Both the position numbers and the translations under genes were made by a program. 64,000 nt of DNA from Eledone cirrhosa (Eukaryota). The notes beneath the pieces were generated by a model. That model searched no databases. It saw only the letters and a program-made list of their open reading frames with translations, and was not told the DNA's origin. Positions 26,905 to 40,081 of the stretch are shown one piece after another (the stretch's first letter is position 1; each line of letters opens with the position of its first letter). The stretch covers positions 283,774,001 through 283,838,000 of the forward strand of contig OZ024741.1 of assembly GCA_964016885.1 (NCBI GenBank), read 5' to 3'.

Positions 26905-29900
26905 GGAACAGTAGTAGTGACCTACCATATTTACTGTCATCTACTGGGACACTAGTAGTGACCTACCATATTTACTGTCATCTACTGGGACACTAGTGGT
27001 GACCTGCCATATTTACTCTGCCACCTACTGGGACACTAGTAGTGACCTACATATTTACTCTGTCATCTACTGGGACACTAGTAGTAACCTACCATATTTA
27101 CTGTCATCTACTGGGACAGTAGTAATGACCTACCAAATTTACTCTGTCACCTACTGGGACACTAGTAGTGTCCTACATATTTACTGTCATCTACTGGGAC
27201 ACTAGTAGTGACCTACCATATTTACTCTGTCATCTACTGGGACACTAGTAGTGTCCTACATATTTACTGTCATCTACTGGTACACTAGTGGTAACCTACC
27301 ATATTTACTCTGTCATCTACTGGGACACTAGTAGTGACCTACCATATCTACTCTGTCATCTACTGTGACACTAGTAGTGACCTACCATATCTACTGTCAT
27401 CTACTGTGACACTAGTAGTGACCTACCATATTTACTGTCATCTACTGGGACACTAGTAGTAACCTACCATATTTACTCTGTCATCTACTGGGACACTAGT
27501 AGTGACCTACCATATTTACTCTGTCACCTACTGGGACACTAGTAGTGACCTACAATATTTACTCTGTCATCTACTGGGACACCAGTAGTGACGTACCATA
27601 TTTACTCTGTCATCTACTGGGACACTAGTAGTGACCTACCATATCTACTCTGTCATCTACTGTGACACTAGTAGTGACCTACCATCTCTACTCTGTCATC
27701 TACTGTGACACTAGTAGTGACCTACCATATTTACTGTCATCTACTGGGACACTAGTAGTAACCTACCATATTTACTCTGTCATCTACTGGGACACTAGTA
27801 GTGACCTACCATATTTACTCTGTCACCTACTGAGACACTAGTAGTGACCTACCATATTTACTCTGTCATCTACTAGGACACTAGTAGTGACCTACCATAT
27901 TTACTCTGTCATCTACTGGGACACTAGTAGTGACCTATCATATTTACTCTGTCATCTACTGGGACACTAGTAGTGACCTACCATATTTACTGTCATCTAC
28001 TGGGACACTAGTGGTGACCTGCCATATTTACTCTGCCACCTACTGGGACACTAGTAGTGACCTACATATTTACTCTGTCATCTACTGGGACACTAGTAGT
28101 AACCTACCATATTTACTGTCATCTACTGGGACAGTAGTAATGACCTACCAAATTTACTCTGTCACCTACTGGGACACTAGTAGTGTCCTACATATTTACT
28201 CTGTCATCTACTGGGACACTAGTAGTGACCTATCATATTTACTCTGTCATCTACTGGGACACTAGTAGTGTCCTACATATTTACTGTCATCTACTGGTAC
28301 ACTAGTGGTAACCTACCATATTTACTCTGTCATCTACTGGGACACTAGTAGTGACCTACCATATCTACTCTGTCATCTACTGTGACACTAGTAGTGACCT
28401 ACCATATCTACTCTGTCATCTACTGTGACACTAGTAGTGACCTACCATATTTACTGTCATCTACTGGGACACTAGTAGTAACCTACCATATTTACTCTGT
28501 CATCTACTGGGACACTAGTAGTGACCTACCATATTTACTCTGTCACCTACTGGGACACTAGTAGTGACCTACCATATTTACTCTGTCATCTACTGGGACA
28601 CCAGTAGTGACGTACCATATTTACTCTGTCATCTACTTGGACACTAGTAGTGACGTACCATATTTACTCTGTCACCTACTGGGACACTAGTAGTAACCTG
28701 CCATATTTACTCTGTCATCTATTGGGACACTAGTAGTGACCTGCCATATTTACTGTCATCTACTGGGACACTAGTAGTGACGTACCATATTTACTCTGTC
28801 ACCTACTGGGACACTAGTAGTGACCTGCCATATTTACTCTGTCATCTACTGGGACACTAGTAGTGACCTACCATATTTACTCTGTCATCTACTGGGACAC
28901 TAGTAGTGACCTACCATATTTACTGTCATCTACTGGGACAGTAGTAGTGACCTACCATATTTACTCTGTCATCTACTGGGACACTAGTAGTGACCTATCA
29001 TATTTACTCTGTCATCTACTGGGACACTAGTAGTGACCTACCATATTTACTGTCATCTACTGGGACACTAGTGGTGACCTGCCATATTTACTCTGCCACC
29101 TACTGGGACACTAGTAGTGACCTACATATTTACTCTGTCATCTACTGGGACACTAGTAGTAACCTACCATATTTACTGTCATCTACTGGGACAGTAGTAA
29201 TGACCTACCAAATTTACTCTGTCATCTACTGGGACACCAGTAGTGACGTACCATATTTACTCTGTCATCTACTGGGACACTAGTAGTGACCTACCATATC
29301 TACTCTGTCATCTACTGTGACACTAGTAGTGACCTACCATATCTACTCTGTCATCTACTGTGACACTAGTAGTGACCTACCATATTTACTGTCATCTACT
29401 GGGACACTAGTAGTAACCTACCATATTTACTCTGTCATCTACTGGGACACTAGTAGTGACCTACCATATTTACTCTGTCATCTACTGGGACACTAGTAGT
29501 GACCTACCATATTTACTGTCATCTACTGGGACACTAGTGGTGACCTGCCATATTTACTCTGCCACCTACTGGGACACTAGTAGTGACCTACATATTTACT
29601 CTGTCATCTACTGGGACACTAGTGGTGACCTGCCATATTTACTCTGCCACCTACTGGGACACTAGTAGTGACCTACATATTTACTCTGTCATCTACTGGG
29701 ACACTAGTAGTAACCTACCATATTTACTGTCATCTACTGGGACAGTAGTAATGACCTACCAAATTTACTCTGTCACCTACTGGGACACTAGTAGTGTCCT
29801 ACATATTTACTGTCATCTACTGGGACACTAGTAGTGACCTACCATATTTACTCTGTCATCTACTGGGACACTAGTAGTGACCTATCATATTTACTCTGTC

Positions 29901-32900
29901 ATCTACTGGGACACTAGTAGTGTCCTACATATTTACTGTCATCTACTGGTACACTAGTGGTAACCTACCATATTTACTCTGTCATCTACTGGGACACTAG
30001 TAGTGACCTACCATATCTACTCTGTCATCTACTGTGACACTAGTAGTGACCTACCATATCTACTCTGTCATCTACTGTGACACTAGTAGTGACCTACCAT
30101 ATTTACTGTCATCTACTGGGACACTAGTAGTAACCTACCATATTTACTCTGTCATCTACTGGGACACTAGTAGTGACCTACCATATTTACTCTGTCACCT
30201 ACTGGGACACTAGTAGTGACCTACCATATTTACTCTGTCATCTACTGGGACACCAGTAGTGACGTACCATATTTACTCTGTCATCTACTTGGACACTAGT
30301 AGTGACGTACCATATTTACTCTGTCACCTACTGGGACACTAGTAGTAACCTGCCATATTTACTCTGTCATCTATTGGGACACTAGTAGTGACCTGCCATA
30401 TTTACTGTCATCTACTGGGACACTAGTAGTGACGTACCATATTTACTCTGTCACCTACTGGGACACTAGTAGTGACCTGCCATATTTACTCTGTCATCTA
30501 CTGGGACACTAGTAGTGACCTACCATATTTACTCTGTCATCTACTGGGACACTAGTAGTGACCTACCATATTTACTGTCATCTACTGGGACAGTAGTAGT
30601 GACCTACCATATTTACTCTGTCATCTACTGGGACACTAGTAGTGACCTATCATATTTACTCTGTCATCTACTGGGACACTAGTAGTGACCTACCATATTT
30701 ACTGTCATCTACTGGGACACTAGTGGTGACCTGCCATATTTACTCTGCCACCTACTGGGACACTAGTAGTGACCTACATATTTACTCTGTCATCTACTGG
30801 GACACTAGTAGTAACCTACCATATTTACTGTCATCTACTGGGACAGTAGTAATGACCTACCAAATTTACTCTGTCATCTACTGGGACACCAGTAGTGACG
30901 TACCATATTTACTCTGTCATCTACTGGGACACTAGTAGTGACCTACCATATCTACTCTGTCATCTACTGTGACACTAGTAGTGACCTACCATATCTACTC
31001 TGTCATCTACTGTGACACTAGTAGTGACCTACCATATTTACTGTCATCTACTGGGACACTAGTAGTAACCTACCATATTTACTCTGTCATCTACTGGGAC
31101 ACTAGTAGTGACCTACCATATTTACTCTGTCACCTACTGAGACACTAGTAGTGACCTACCATATTTACTCTGTCATCTACTAGGACACTAGTAGTGACCT
31201 ACCATATTTACTCTGTCATCTACTGGGACACTAGTAGTGACCTATCATATTTACTCTGTCATCTACTGGGACACTAGTAGTGACCTACCATATTTACTGT
31301 CATCTACTGGGACACTAGTGGTGACCTGCCATATTTACTCTGCCACCTACTGGGACACTAGTAGTGACCTACATATTTACTCTGTCATCTACTGGGACAC
31401 TAGTAGTAACCTACCATATTTACTGTCATCTACTGGGACAGTAGTAATGACCTACCAAATTTACTCTGTCACCTACTGGGACACTAGTAGTGTCCTACAT
31501 ATTTACTGTCATCTACTGGGACACTAGTAGTGACCTACCATATTTACTCTGTCATCTACTGGGACACTAGTAGTGACCTATCATATTTACTCTGTCATCT
31601 ACTGGGACACTAGTAGTGTCCTACATATTTACTGTCATCTACTGGTACACTAGTGGTAACCTACCATATTTACTCTGTCATCTACTGGGACACTAGTAGT
31701 GACCTACCATATCTACTCTGTCATCTACTGTGACACTAGTAGTGACCTACCATATCTACTCTGTCATCTACTGTGACACTAGTAGTGACCTACCATATTT
31801 ACTGTCATCTACTGGGACACTAGTAGTAACCTACCATATTTACTCTGTCATCTACTGGGACACTAGTAGTGACCTACCATATTTACTCTGTCACCTACTG
31901 GGACACTAGTAGTGACCTACCATATTTACTCTGTCATCTACTGGGACACCAGTAGTGACGTACCATATTTACTCTGTCATCTACTTGGACACTAGTAGTG
32001 ACGTACCATATTTACTCTGTCACCTACTGGGACACTAGTAGTAACCTGCCATATTTACTCTGTCATCTATTGGGACACTAGTAGTGACCTGCCATATTTA
32101 CTGTCATCTACTGGGACACTAGTAGTGACGTACCATATTTACTCTGTCACCTACTGGGACACTAGTAGTGACCTGCCATATTTACTCTGTCATCTACTGG
32201 GACACTAGTAGTGACCTACCATATTTACTGTCATCTACTGGGACAGTAGTAGTGACCTACCATATTTACTCTGTCATCTACTGGGACACTAGTAGTGACC
32301 TATCATATTTACTCTGTCATCTACTGGGACACTAGTAGTGACCTACCATATTTACTGTCATCTACTGGGACACTAGTGGTGACCTGCCATATTTACTCTG
32401 CCACCTACTGGGACACTAGTAGTGACCTACATATTTACTCTGTCATCTACTGGGACACTAGTAGTAACCTACCATATTTACTGTCATCTACTGGGACAGT
32501 AGTAATGACCTACCAAATTTACTCTGTCATCTACTGGGACACTAGTAGTGTCCTACATATTTACTCTGTCATCTACTGGGACACTAGTAGTGTCCTACAT
32601 ATTTACTGTCATCTACTGGTACACTAGTAGTGACCTACCATATTTACTCTGTCATCTACTGGGACACTAGTAGTGACCTACCATATCTACTCTGTCATCT
32701 ACTGGGACACTAGTAGTGACCTACCATATTTACTGTCATCTACTGGGACACTAGTAGTAACCTACCATATTTACTCTGTCATCTACTGGGACACTAGTAG
32801 TGACCTACCATATTTACTCTGTCACCTACTGGGACACTAGTAGTGACGTACCATATTTACTCTGTCATCTACTTGGACACTAGTAGTGACGTACCATATT

Positions 32901-34983
32901 TACTCTGTCACCTACTGGGACACTCGTAGTGACCTGCCATATTTACTCTGTCATCTACTGGGACACTAGTAGTGACCTACCATATTTACTCTGTCATCTA
33001 CTGGAACACTAGTAGTGACCTGCCATATTTACTGTCATCTACTGGGACACTAGTAGTGACGTACCATATTTACTCTGACATCTACTGGGACACTAGTAGT
33101 GACCTGCCATATTTACTCTGTCATCTACTGGAACACTAGTAGTGACCTGCCATATTTACTGTCATCTACTGGGACACTAGTAGTGACCTACCATATTTAC
33201 TCTGTCATCTACTGGGACACTAGTGGTGACCTACCATATTTACTCTGTCATCTACTGGGACACTAGTAGTGACCTACCATATTTACTGTCATCTACTGGG
33301 ACAGTAGTAGTGACCTACCATATTTACTCTGTCATCTACTGGGACACTAGTAGTGACCTACCATATTTACTGTCATCTACTGGGACAGTAGTAGTGACCT
33401 ACCATATTTACTCTGTCATCTACTGGGACACTAGTGGTGACCTACCATATTTACTGTCATCTACTGGGACACTAGTAGTGACCTACCATATTTACTCTGT
33501 CATCTACTGGGACACTAGTGGTGACCTACCATATTTACTCTGTCATCTACTGGGACACTAGTAGTGACCTACCATATTTACTGTCATCTACTGGGACAGT
33601 AGTAGTGACCTACCATATTTACTCTGTCATCTACTGGGACACTAATGGTGACCTACCATATTTACTCTGTCATCTACTGGGACACTAGTAGTGACCTACC
33701 ATATTTACTCTGTCATCTACTGGGACAGTAGTAGTGACCTACCATATTTACTCTGTCATCTACTGGGACAGTAGTAGTGACCTACCATATTTACTGGGAC
33801 ACTAGTAGTGACCTACCATATTTACTCTGTCATCTACTGGGACACTAGTGGTGACCTGCCATATTTACTCTGTCATCTACTGGGACACTAGTAGTGACCT
33901 ACCATATTTACTCTGTCATCTACTGGCACAGTAGTAGTCACCTACCATATCTACTCTGTCATCTACTGGGACACTAGTGGTGACCTACCATATTTACTCT
34001 GTCATCTACTGGGACACTAGTAGTGACCTACCATATTTACTCTGTCATCTGCTGGGACACTAGTAGTGACCTACCATATTTACTGTCATCTACTGGGACA
34101 GTAGTAGTAACCTACCATATTTACTCTGTCATCTACTGGGACACTAGTAGTGACCTACCATATTTACTGTCATCTACTGGGACAGTAGTAATGACCTACC
34201 AAATTTACTCTGTCATCTACTGGGACACTAGTAGTGTCCTACATATTTACTGTCATCTACTGGGACACTAGTAGTGACCTACCATATTTACTCTGTCATC
34301 TACTGGGACACTAGTAGTGACCTACCAAATTTACTCTGTCATCTACTGGGACACTAGTAGTGTCCTACATATTTACTGTCATCTACTGGGACACTAGTAG
34401 TGACCTACCATATTTACTCTGTCATCTACTGGGACACTAGTAGTGACCTACCATATCTACTCTGTCATCTACTGGGACAGTAGTAGTGACCTACCATATC
34501 TACTCTGTCATCTACTGGGACACTAGTAGTGACCTACCATATTTACTGTCATCTACTGGGACAGTAGTAGTAACCTACCATATTTACTCTGTCATCTACT
34601 GGAACACTAGTAGTGACCTACCATATTTACTCTGTCATCTACTGGGACATTAGTAGTGACCTACCATATTTACTGTCATCTACTGGGACACTAGTGGTGA
34701 CCTACCATATTTACTCTGTCATCTACTGGGACACTAGTAGTGACCTACCATATTTACTCTGTCATCTACTGGGACACTAGTAGTGACCTACCATATCTAC
34801 TCTGTCATCTACTGGGACACTAGTAGTGACCTGCCATATTTACTCTGTCATCTACTGGGACACTAGTAGTGACCTGCCATATTTACTCTGTCATCTACTG
34901 GGACACTAGTAGTGACGTACCATATTTACTCTGTCATCTACTGGGACAGTAGTAGTGACCTACCATATTTACTCTGTCATCTA
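26905..34983. repeat. ~8 kb intronic satellite of 41/43-bp monomers with higher-order structure
   Basis: Monomer CTACTGGGACACTAGTAGTGACCTACCATATTTA(CT)CTGTCAT; variant blocks recur every ~1.65 kb. Confidence 0.96.
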
Positions 34984-35221
34984 TGTAAGAACCTTTAGTA
35001 AGTCATGTTTCAAATATCAACTTGATAATGAGAAAGTTAGTCATTTTATTATTTAAGAAATTATTTGAAAACCATAAGCAGGGTCTGTCATTAGAAACAT
35101 AGTAATGAGAGGGTTAAAGAAGATGAATTCAAGCAGAGATATCCATGCCCCACAGGTATAGATGTTAGATTAAAAAGTTATTCTTGTAGTCATGTGGTTC
35201 TGAGTTCAATCACTTGCCACT

Positions 35222-37990
35222 ACAGCAACAGAGCAACAAGAACAATAGCAGTATCGACAACAACAGCAACAATAGCAGTAGCAGCAACAACATCAGCAGT
35301 AACAGCAACAACAATAGCAGTAACAAATACAACAGCAGCAGCAATGACAATGATGACAACAACAACAGCTAATACAGCAGCAGTAGCACCAACAACAATA
35401 GCAGCAACAACAACAACAGCAGTGACAGCAGTAACAACAAGAGCAAGAACAGCAGCAGCAGCAGCAACATCAACAACAGCAGCAACTGCAGTAGCAATAA
35501 TAGCAGCAACAGCAGTAACAACAACAACAATAGCAGCAACAGCAGTAACAACAACAACAATAGTAGCAACAGCAGTAACAACAACAACAATAGCAGCAAC
35601 AGCAGTAACAACATCAACAATAGCAGCAACAGCAGTAACAACATCAACAATAGCAGCAACAGCAGTAACAACAACAACAATAGCAGCAACAGCAGTAACA
35701 ACAACAACAATAGCAGCAACAGCAGTAACAACATCAACAATAGCAGCAACAGCAGTAACAACAACAACAATAGCAGCAACAGCAGTAACAACAACAATAG
35801 CAGCAACAGCAGTAACAACAACAACAACAGCAGTAACAACATCAACAATAGCAGCAACAGCAGTAACAACATCAACAATAGCAGCAACAGCAGTAACAAC
35901 AACAACAATAGCAGCAACAGCAGTAACAACATCAACAATAGCAGCAACAGCAGTAACAACAACAACAACAGCAGCAACAGCAGTAACAACAACAACAACA
36001 ACAGCAGTAACAACAACAACAACAACAATAGCAGCAACAGCAGTAACAACAACAACAATAGCAGCAACAGCAGTAACAACAGCAGTAACAACAACAACAA
36101 CAACAACAACAGCAGTAACAACAACAACAACAACATTAGCAGCAACAGCAGTAACAACAACAACAATAGCAGCAACAGCAGTAACAACAACAACAACAAT
36201 AGCATCAACAGTAGCAACAACAACAACAACAACAATAGCAGCAACAGCAGTAACAACATCAACAATAGCAGCAACAGCAGTAACAACATCAACAATAGCA
36301 GCAACAGAAGTAACAACAACAACAACAACAATAGCAGCAACAGCAGTAACAACAACAACAATAGCAGCAACCGCAGTAACAACATCAACAATAGCAGCAA
36401 CAGCAGTAACAACATCAACAATAGCAGTAACAGCAGTAACAACAACAACAATAGCAGCAACAGCAGTAGCAACAACAACAGCAGTAACAACAACAACAAC
36501 AGCAGCAACAGCAGTAACAACAACAACAACAACAGCAGTAACAACAACAACAACAACAATAGCAGCAACAGCAGTAACAACAACAACAACAACAACAATA
36601 GCAGCAACAGTAGCAACAACAACAACAACAACAATAGCAGCAACAGCAGTAACAACATCAACAATAGCAGCAACAGCAGTAACAACATCAACAATAGCAG
36701 CAACAGCAGTAACAACAACAACAATAGCAGCAACAGCAGTAACAACAACAACAGCAGCAACAGCAGTAGCAACAACAACAACAACAGCAGTAACAACAAC
36801 AACAACAACAATAGCAGCAACAGTAGCAACAACAACAACAACAACAATAGCAGCAACAGCAGTAACAACATCAACAATAGCAGCAACAGCAGTAACAACA
36901 TCAACAACAACAATAGCAGCAACAGCAGTAACAACAACAACAATAGCAGCAACAGCAGTAACAACAACAACAACAACAACAATAGCAACAATAGTAGCAA
37001 CAACAACAACAACAACAATAGCAGCAACAGCAGTAACAACAACAACAATAGCAGCAACAGCAGAAACAACAACAACAGCAGCAACAGCAGTAACAACAAC
37101 AACAACAACAGCAGCAGTAACAACAACAACAACAACAATAGCAGCAACAGCAGTAACAACAACAACAATAGCAGCACCAGCAGTAACAACAACAACAACA
37201 ACAACAATAGCAGCAACAGTAGCAACAACAACAACAATAGCAGCAACAGCAGTAACAACAACAACAACAACAACAATAGCAGCAACAGCAGTAACAACAA
37301 CAACAACAATAGCAGCAACAGCAGTAGCAACAACAACAACAACAACAATAGCAGCAACAGCAGTAGCAACAACAACAACAATAGCAGCCTCAGCAGTAGC
37401 AACAACAACAATAGCAGCAACAGCAGTAACAACAACAACAATAGCAGCAACAGCAGTATCAACAATAGCAGCAACAGCAGTAACAACATCAACAATAGCA
37501 GCAACAGCAGTAGCAACAACAACAATAGCAGCAACAGCAGTAACAACAACAACAATAGCAGCAACAGCAGTAGCAACAACAACAATAGCAGCAACAGCAG
37601 TAGCAACAACAACAATAGCAGCAACAACAGTAACAACAACAACAACAACAACAGCCACTAGAGCAGTAACAACAACAACAATAGCAGCAACAGCAGTAAC
37701 AACAACAACAACAACAATAGCAGCAACAGCAGTAACAACAACAACAACAATAGCAGCAACAGTAGCAACAACAACAACAACAACAACAATAGCAGCAACA
37801 GCAGTAGCAACAACAACAATAGCAGCCACAGCAGTAACAACAATAACAACAGCCACTAGAGCAGTAACAATAACAACAATAGCAGCAACAGCAGTAACAA
37901 CAACAACAACAACAACAGCCACTAGAGCAGTAGCAACAACAACAACAACAATAACAGCAGTAACAACAACAACAACAATAGCAACAACAA
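35222..37990. repeat. (ACA/GCA/GTA/ATA) trinucleotide-based repeat, ~30-bp superunit; open as a 939-aa Thr/Ala ORF on +
   Basis: Almost all codons are NNA; lies in a host intron, antisense to the gene. Confidence 0.9.
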
Positions 37991-38029
37991 CTAATACAGA
38001 AGTAGTTACATGAATACTTAAATTCTTAC

Positions 38030-38238
38030 TGTTGTAAACATTGACTTGTCATAAGGCCTGACAATAACATGTTTTAATTCTCCAATATTCAAAGTGTTAC
38101 ATTTATATCTGTGTGTATCTTTGATGATATATATTTCAGCAAGAAAACATAATTGATTAATATTTCCACCCAGTTCAATAGTCATCTGATTGGTGACGTT
38201 CTGTCCATTGTTGTAAACATCCACTATCCAAACCATTT
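38030..38238 (-). CDS. Host gene exon (first half of PLAT-like repeat 3)
   Basis: ttacAG / GTAAGA, phase 1-0, VWIVDVYNNG..MTIELGG..NIGELKHVIVRP. Confidence 0.82.
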
Positions 38239-39319
38239 CTGTAATAATATTAAGAAAACAAATTCATGAGGTTGGTGAAAATATTAGCTAGTTTCTTGCC
38301 TAGCTACAGTTAGCACTGACCTATTTGTTTTTCATGCAGAAGGTGTCTCTGGGTAATTTCCATTCTGTCAATTATTCCATGTTGTCAAGCTTATTAGTGT
38401 TTATTCCTGTAATCACTTTATTGTATATCTGTCATCTGACAACCTGCCAAATATTGATAATGACTATGTCTATGCTTCACTGAGGAGGTCTAATGAGAGT
38501 GAAATATGCATAGCCCAAGAGTATCCCTGATTGAGACAGATCTATAGTGAAAGATATTCTAACCATTCTATCCTTTTTCTTTTGTATGCAGTGTACTTCA
38601 GACTACATTACACAATGTCTAATTCCTTTTTAGCCAGATGGGTTTAATTCAAAGACAGTTTTGCTGCAACTTCTAATAGGTTGAGTGACCAAGTAGGTGG
38701 AGGCTTTATTATTGGCCTACATATATGTGATTTCAATATATTGAATGAGATTCAGTTTACATACTTTAAAAGAAAAATAGATTTTTATCTCAGTTCACTT
38801 AAAACAAACTTTCAGGAACACCAAACTTCTAGCTGTCCTAGCTCTTCATCAACAGGGAACTTGTGGATGCAGGCATGGCTAAAGGATTAAGAAGTTCATT
38901 CCAAAATCATGAGGTTCTGAGTTTGATCCGAGAGTAAGGGCACCTTGTGTGGGTATGGTGTGGCGTGCGGTGGCCGGAGGTGGGGGAGTGCTCGACTGGA
39001 AGGGTGTGTGGCGTGCGGTGGCCGGAGGCGGGGGAGTGCTCGACCGGAAGGGGTTTTTGGCCGGAAGGATGCTCGACCGGAAGGGCCAGCAGAGGGCCTC
39101 TCTCTAGTGGTGACCAGCACACGGTGTGGACGCGAGTTTTGGGCAGCTCCCGGTGTTAAGCAGTCGGACGCACGTGGAAGAGGAGTACCTGCAGTGGAAT
39201 TTTGCGGTGCCTGTGAAAAGCAGTAAGTGAGATAGCTTTTTCTAACCACAAGCTATTTCGGCGACTGAAAAAAAAAGAAAAAAAAAAAAGAAAACACTTG
39301 CCGCAAGACAAATCAGAAG

Positions 39320-40081
39320 ATGGCGACAAGACTACGGATGAACGAAGCTATCAGGGCATTCACCGGGGAAGGTGATGTTGTCGCTTGGCTGCGGAAGGTT
39401 TGGCTGGTCGCAAGCTTGCAGAAGATAGAGGACGTGGCCGGCCTCATGGCATTGTACCTCAAGGGTGACGCATTGGTACTCTTCCTTGAGTTGGACGAGC
39501 ACAGCCAAAGAGATGTGCAGAAGATTGAGAGGCGTCTGATGGATGCATTCGCCGAGGGACCGTTGGCGGCTTTTGCTAAGCTGGCGAGAATCAGGTGGAA
39601 TGGTGAGCGCGTCGACATTTTCGCAGCGGAAATAAGGCGGTTGGCTATGTTGGCCAGTTACCAGGCGGAATGCGAACGCACAGTGTGGTTGGCGTTCATC
39701 AATGGATTTCCGGACGACATAGCGGTGAAACTGCAGCAAGTCCCGGGGTATAAAGAGATGGAAATGCGTTCACTGGTGGAACAAGCCCGGATCATAGCGG
39801 AAGATGCCAAAAAGAGTGTTGCGGCGATAGCAACTACGGAGGCTCAGGACACCTGGCAGCGAAATGGTGAAAGGGAGGCAACCTCGACACGCGGCCGCCC
39901 GCGTGAGTTTAGGGGGCGCTGTTTTCGGTGCCAGGGCCCGCATATGGCTAGAGACTGTAGAGAGTCGATGCCGGAGATAATTTGCTACCGGTGTAAGCGA
40001 CCAGGCCACATCGCTACTAACTGCGACCAGGGAAACGATCCAAGGGGAACTACTGCGCCGGTAGTTGCCCCTTACGAGTAG
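39320..40081 (+). CDS. gag: Gag with two CCHC zinc knuckles
   Basis: CFRCQGPHMARDC and CYRCKRPGHIATNC. Confidence 0.9.
   Translation: MATRLRMNEAIRAFTGEGDVVAWLRKVWLVASLQKIEDVAGLMALYLKGDALVLFLELDEHSQRDVQKIERRLMDAFAEGPLAAFAKLARIRWNGERVDIFAAEIRRLAMLASYQAECERTVWLAFINGFPDDIAVKLQQVPGYKEMEMRSLVEQARIIAEDAKKSVAAIATTEAQDTWQRNGEREATSTRGRPREFRGRCFRCQGPHMARDCRESMPEIICYRCKRPGHIATNCDQGNDPRGTTAPVVAPYE

Noticed and set aside
26905-34983. CRISPR-like array or coding repeat (many short YWDTSSD ORFs)
   Set aside because: Monomers abut with no unique spacers, no cas genes, eukaryotic context; 41/43-bp units shift frame constantly.
35220-37922. Poly-Val/Ala and poly-Leu minus-strand ORFs as host exons
   Set aside because: Reverse complement of the triplet repeat; the flanking exons already join in phase without it.
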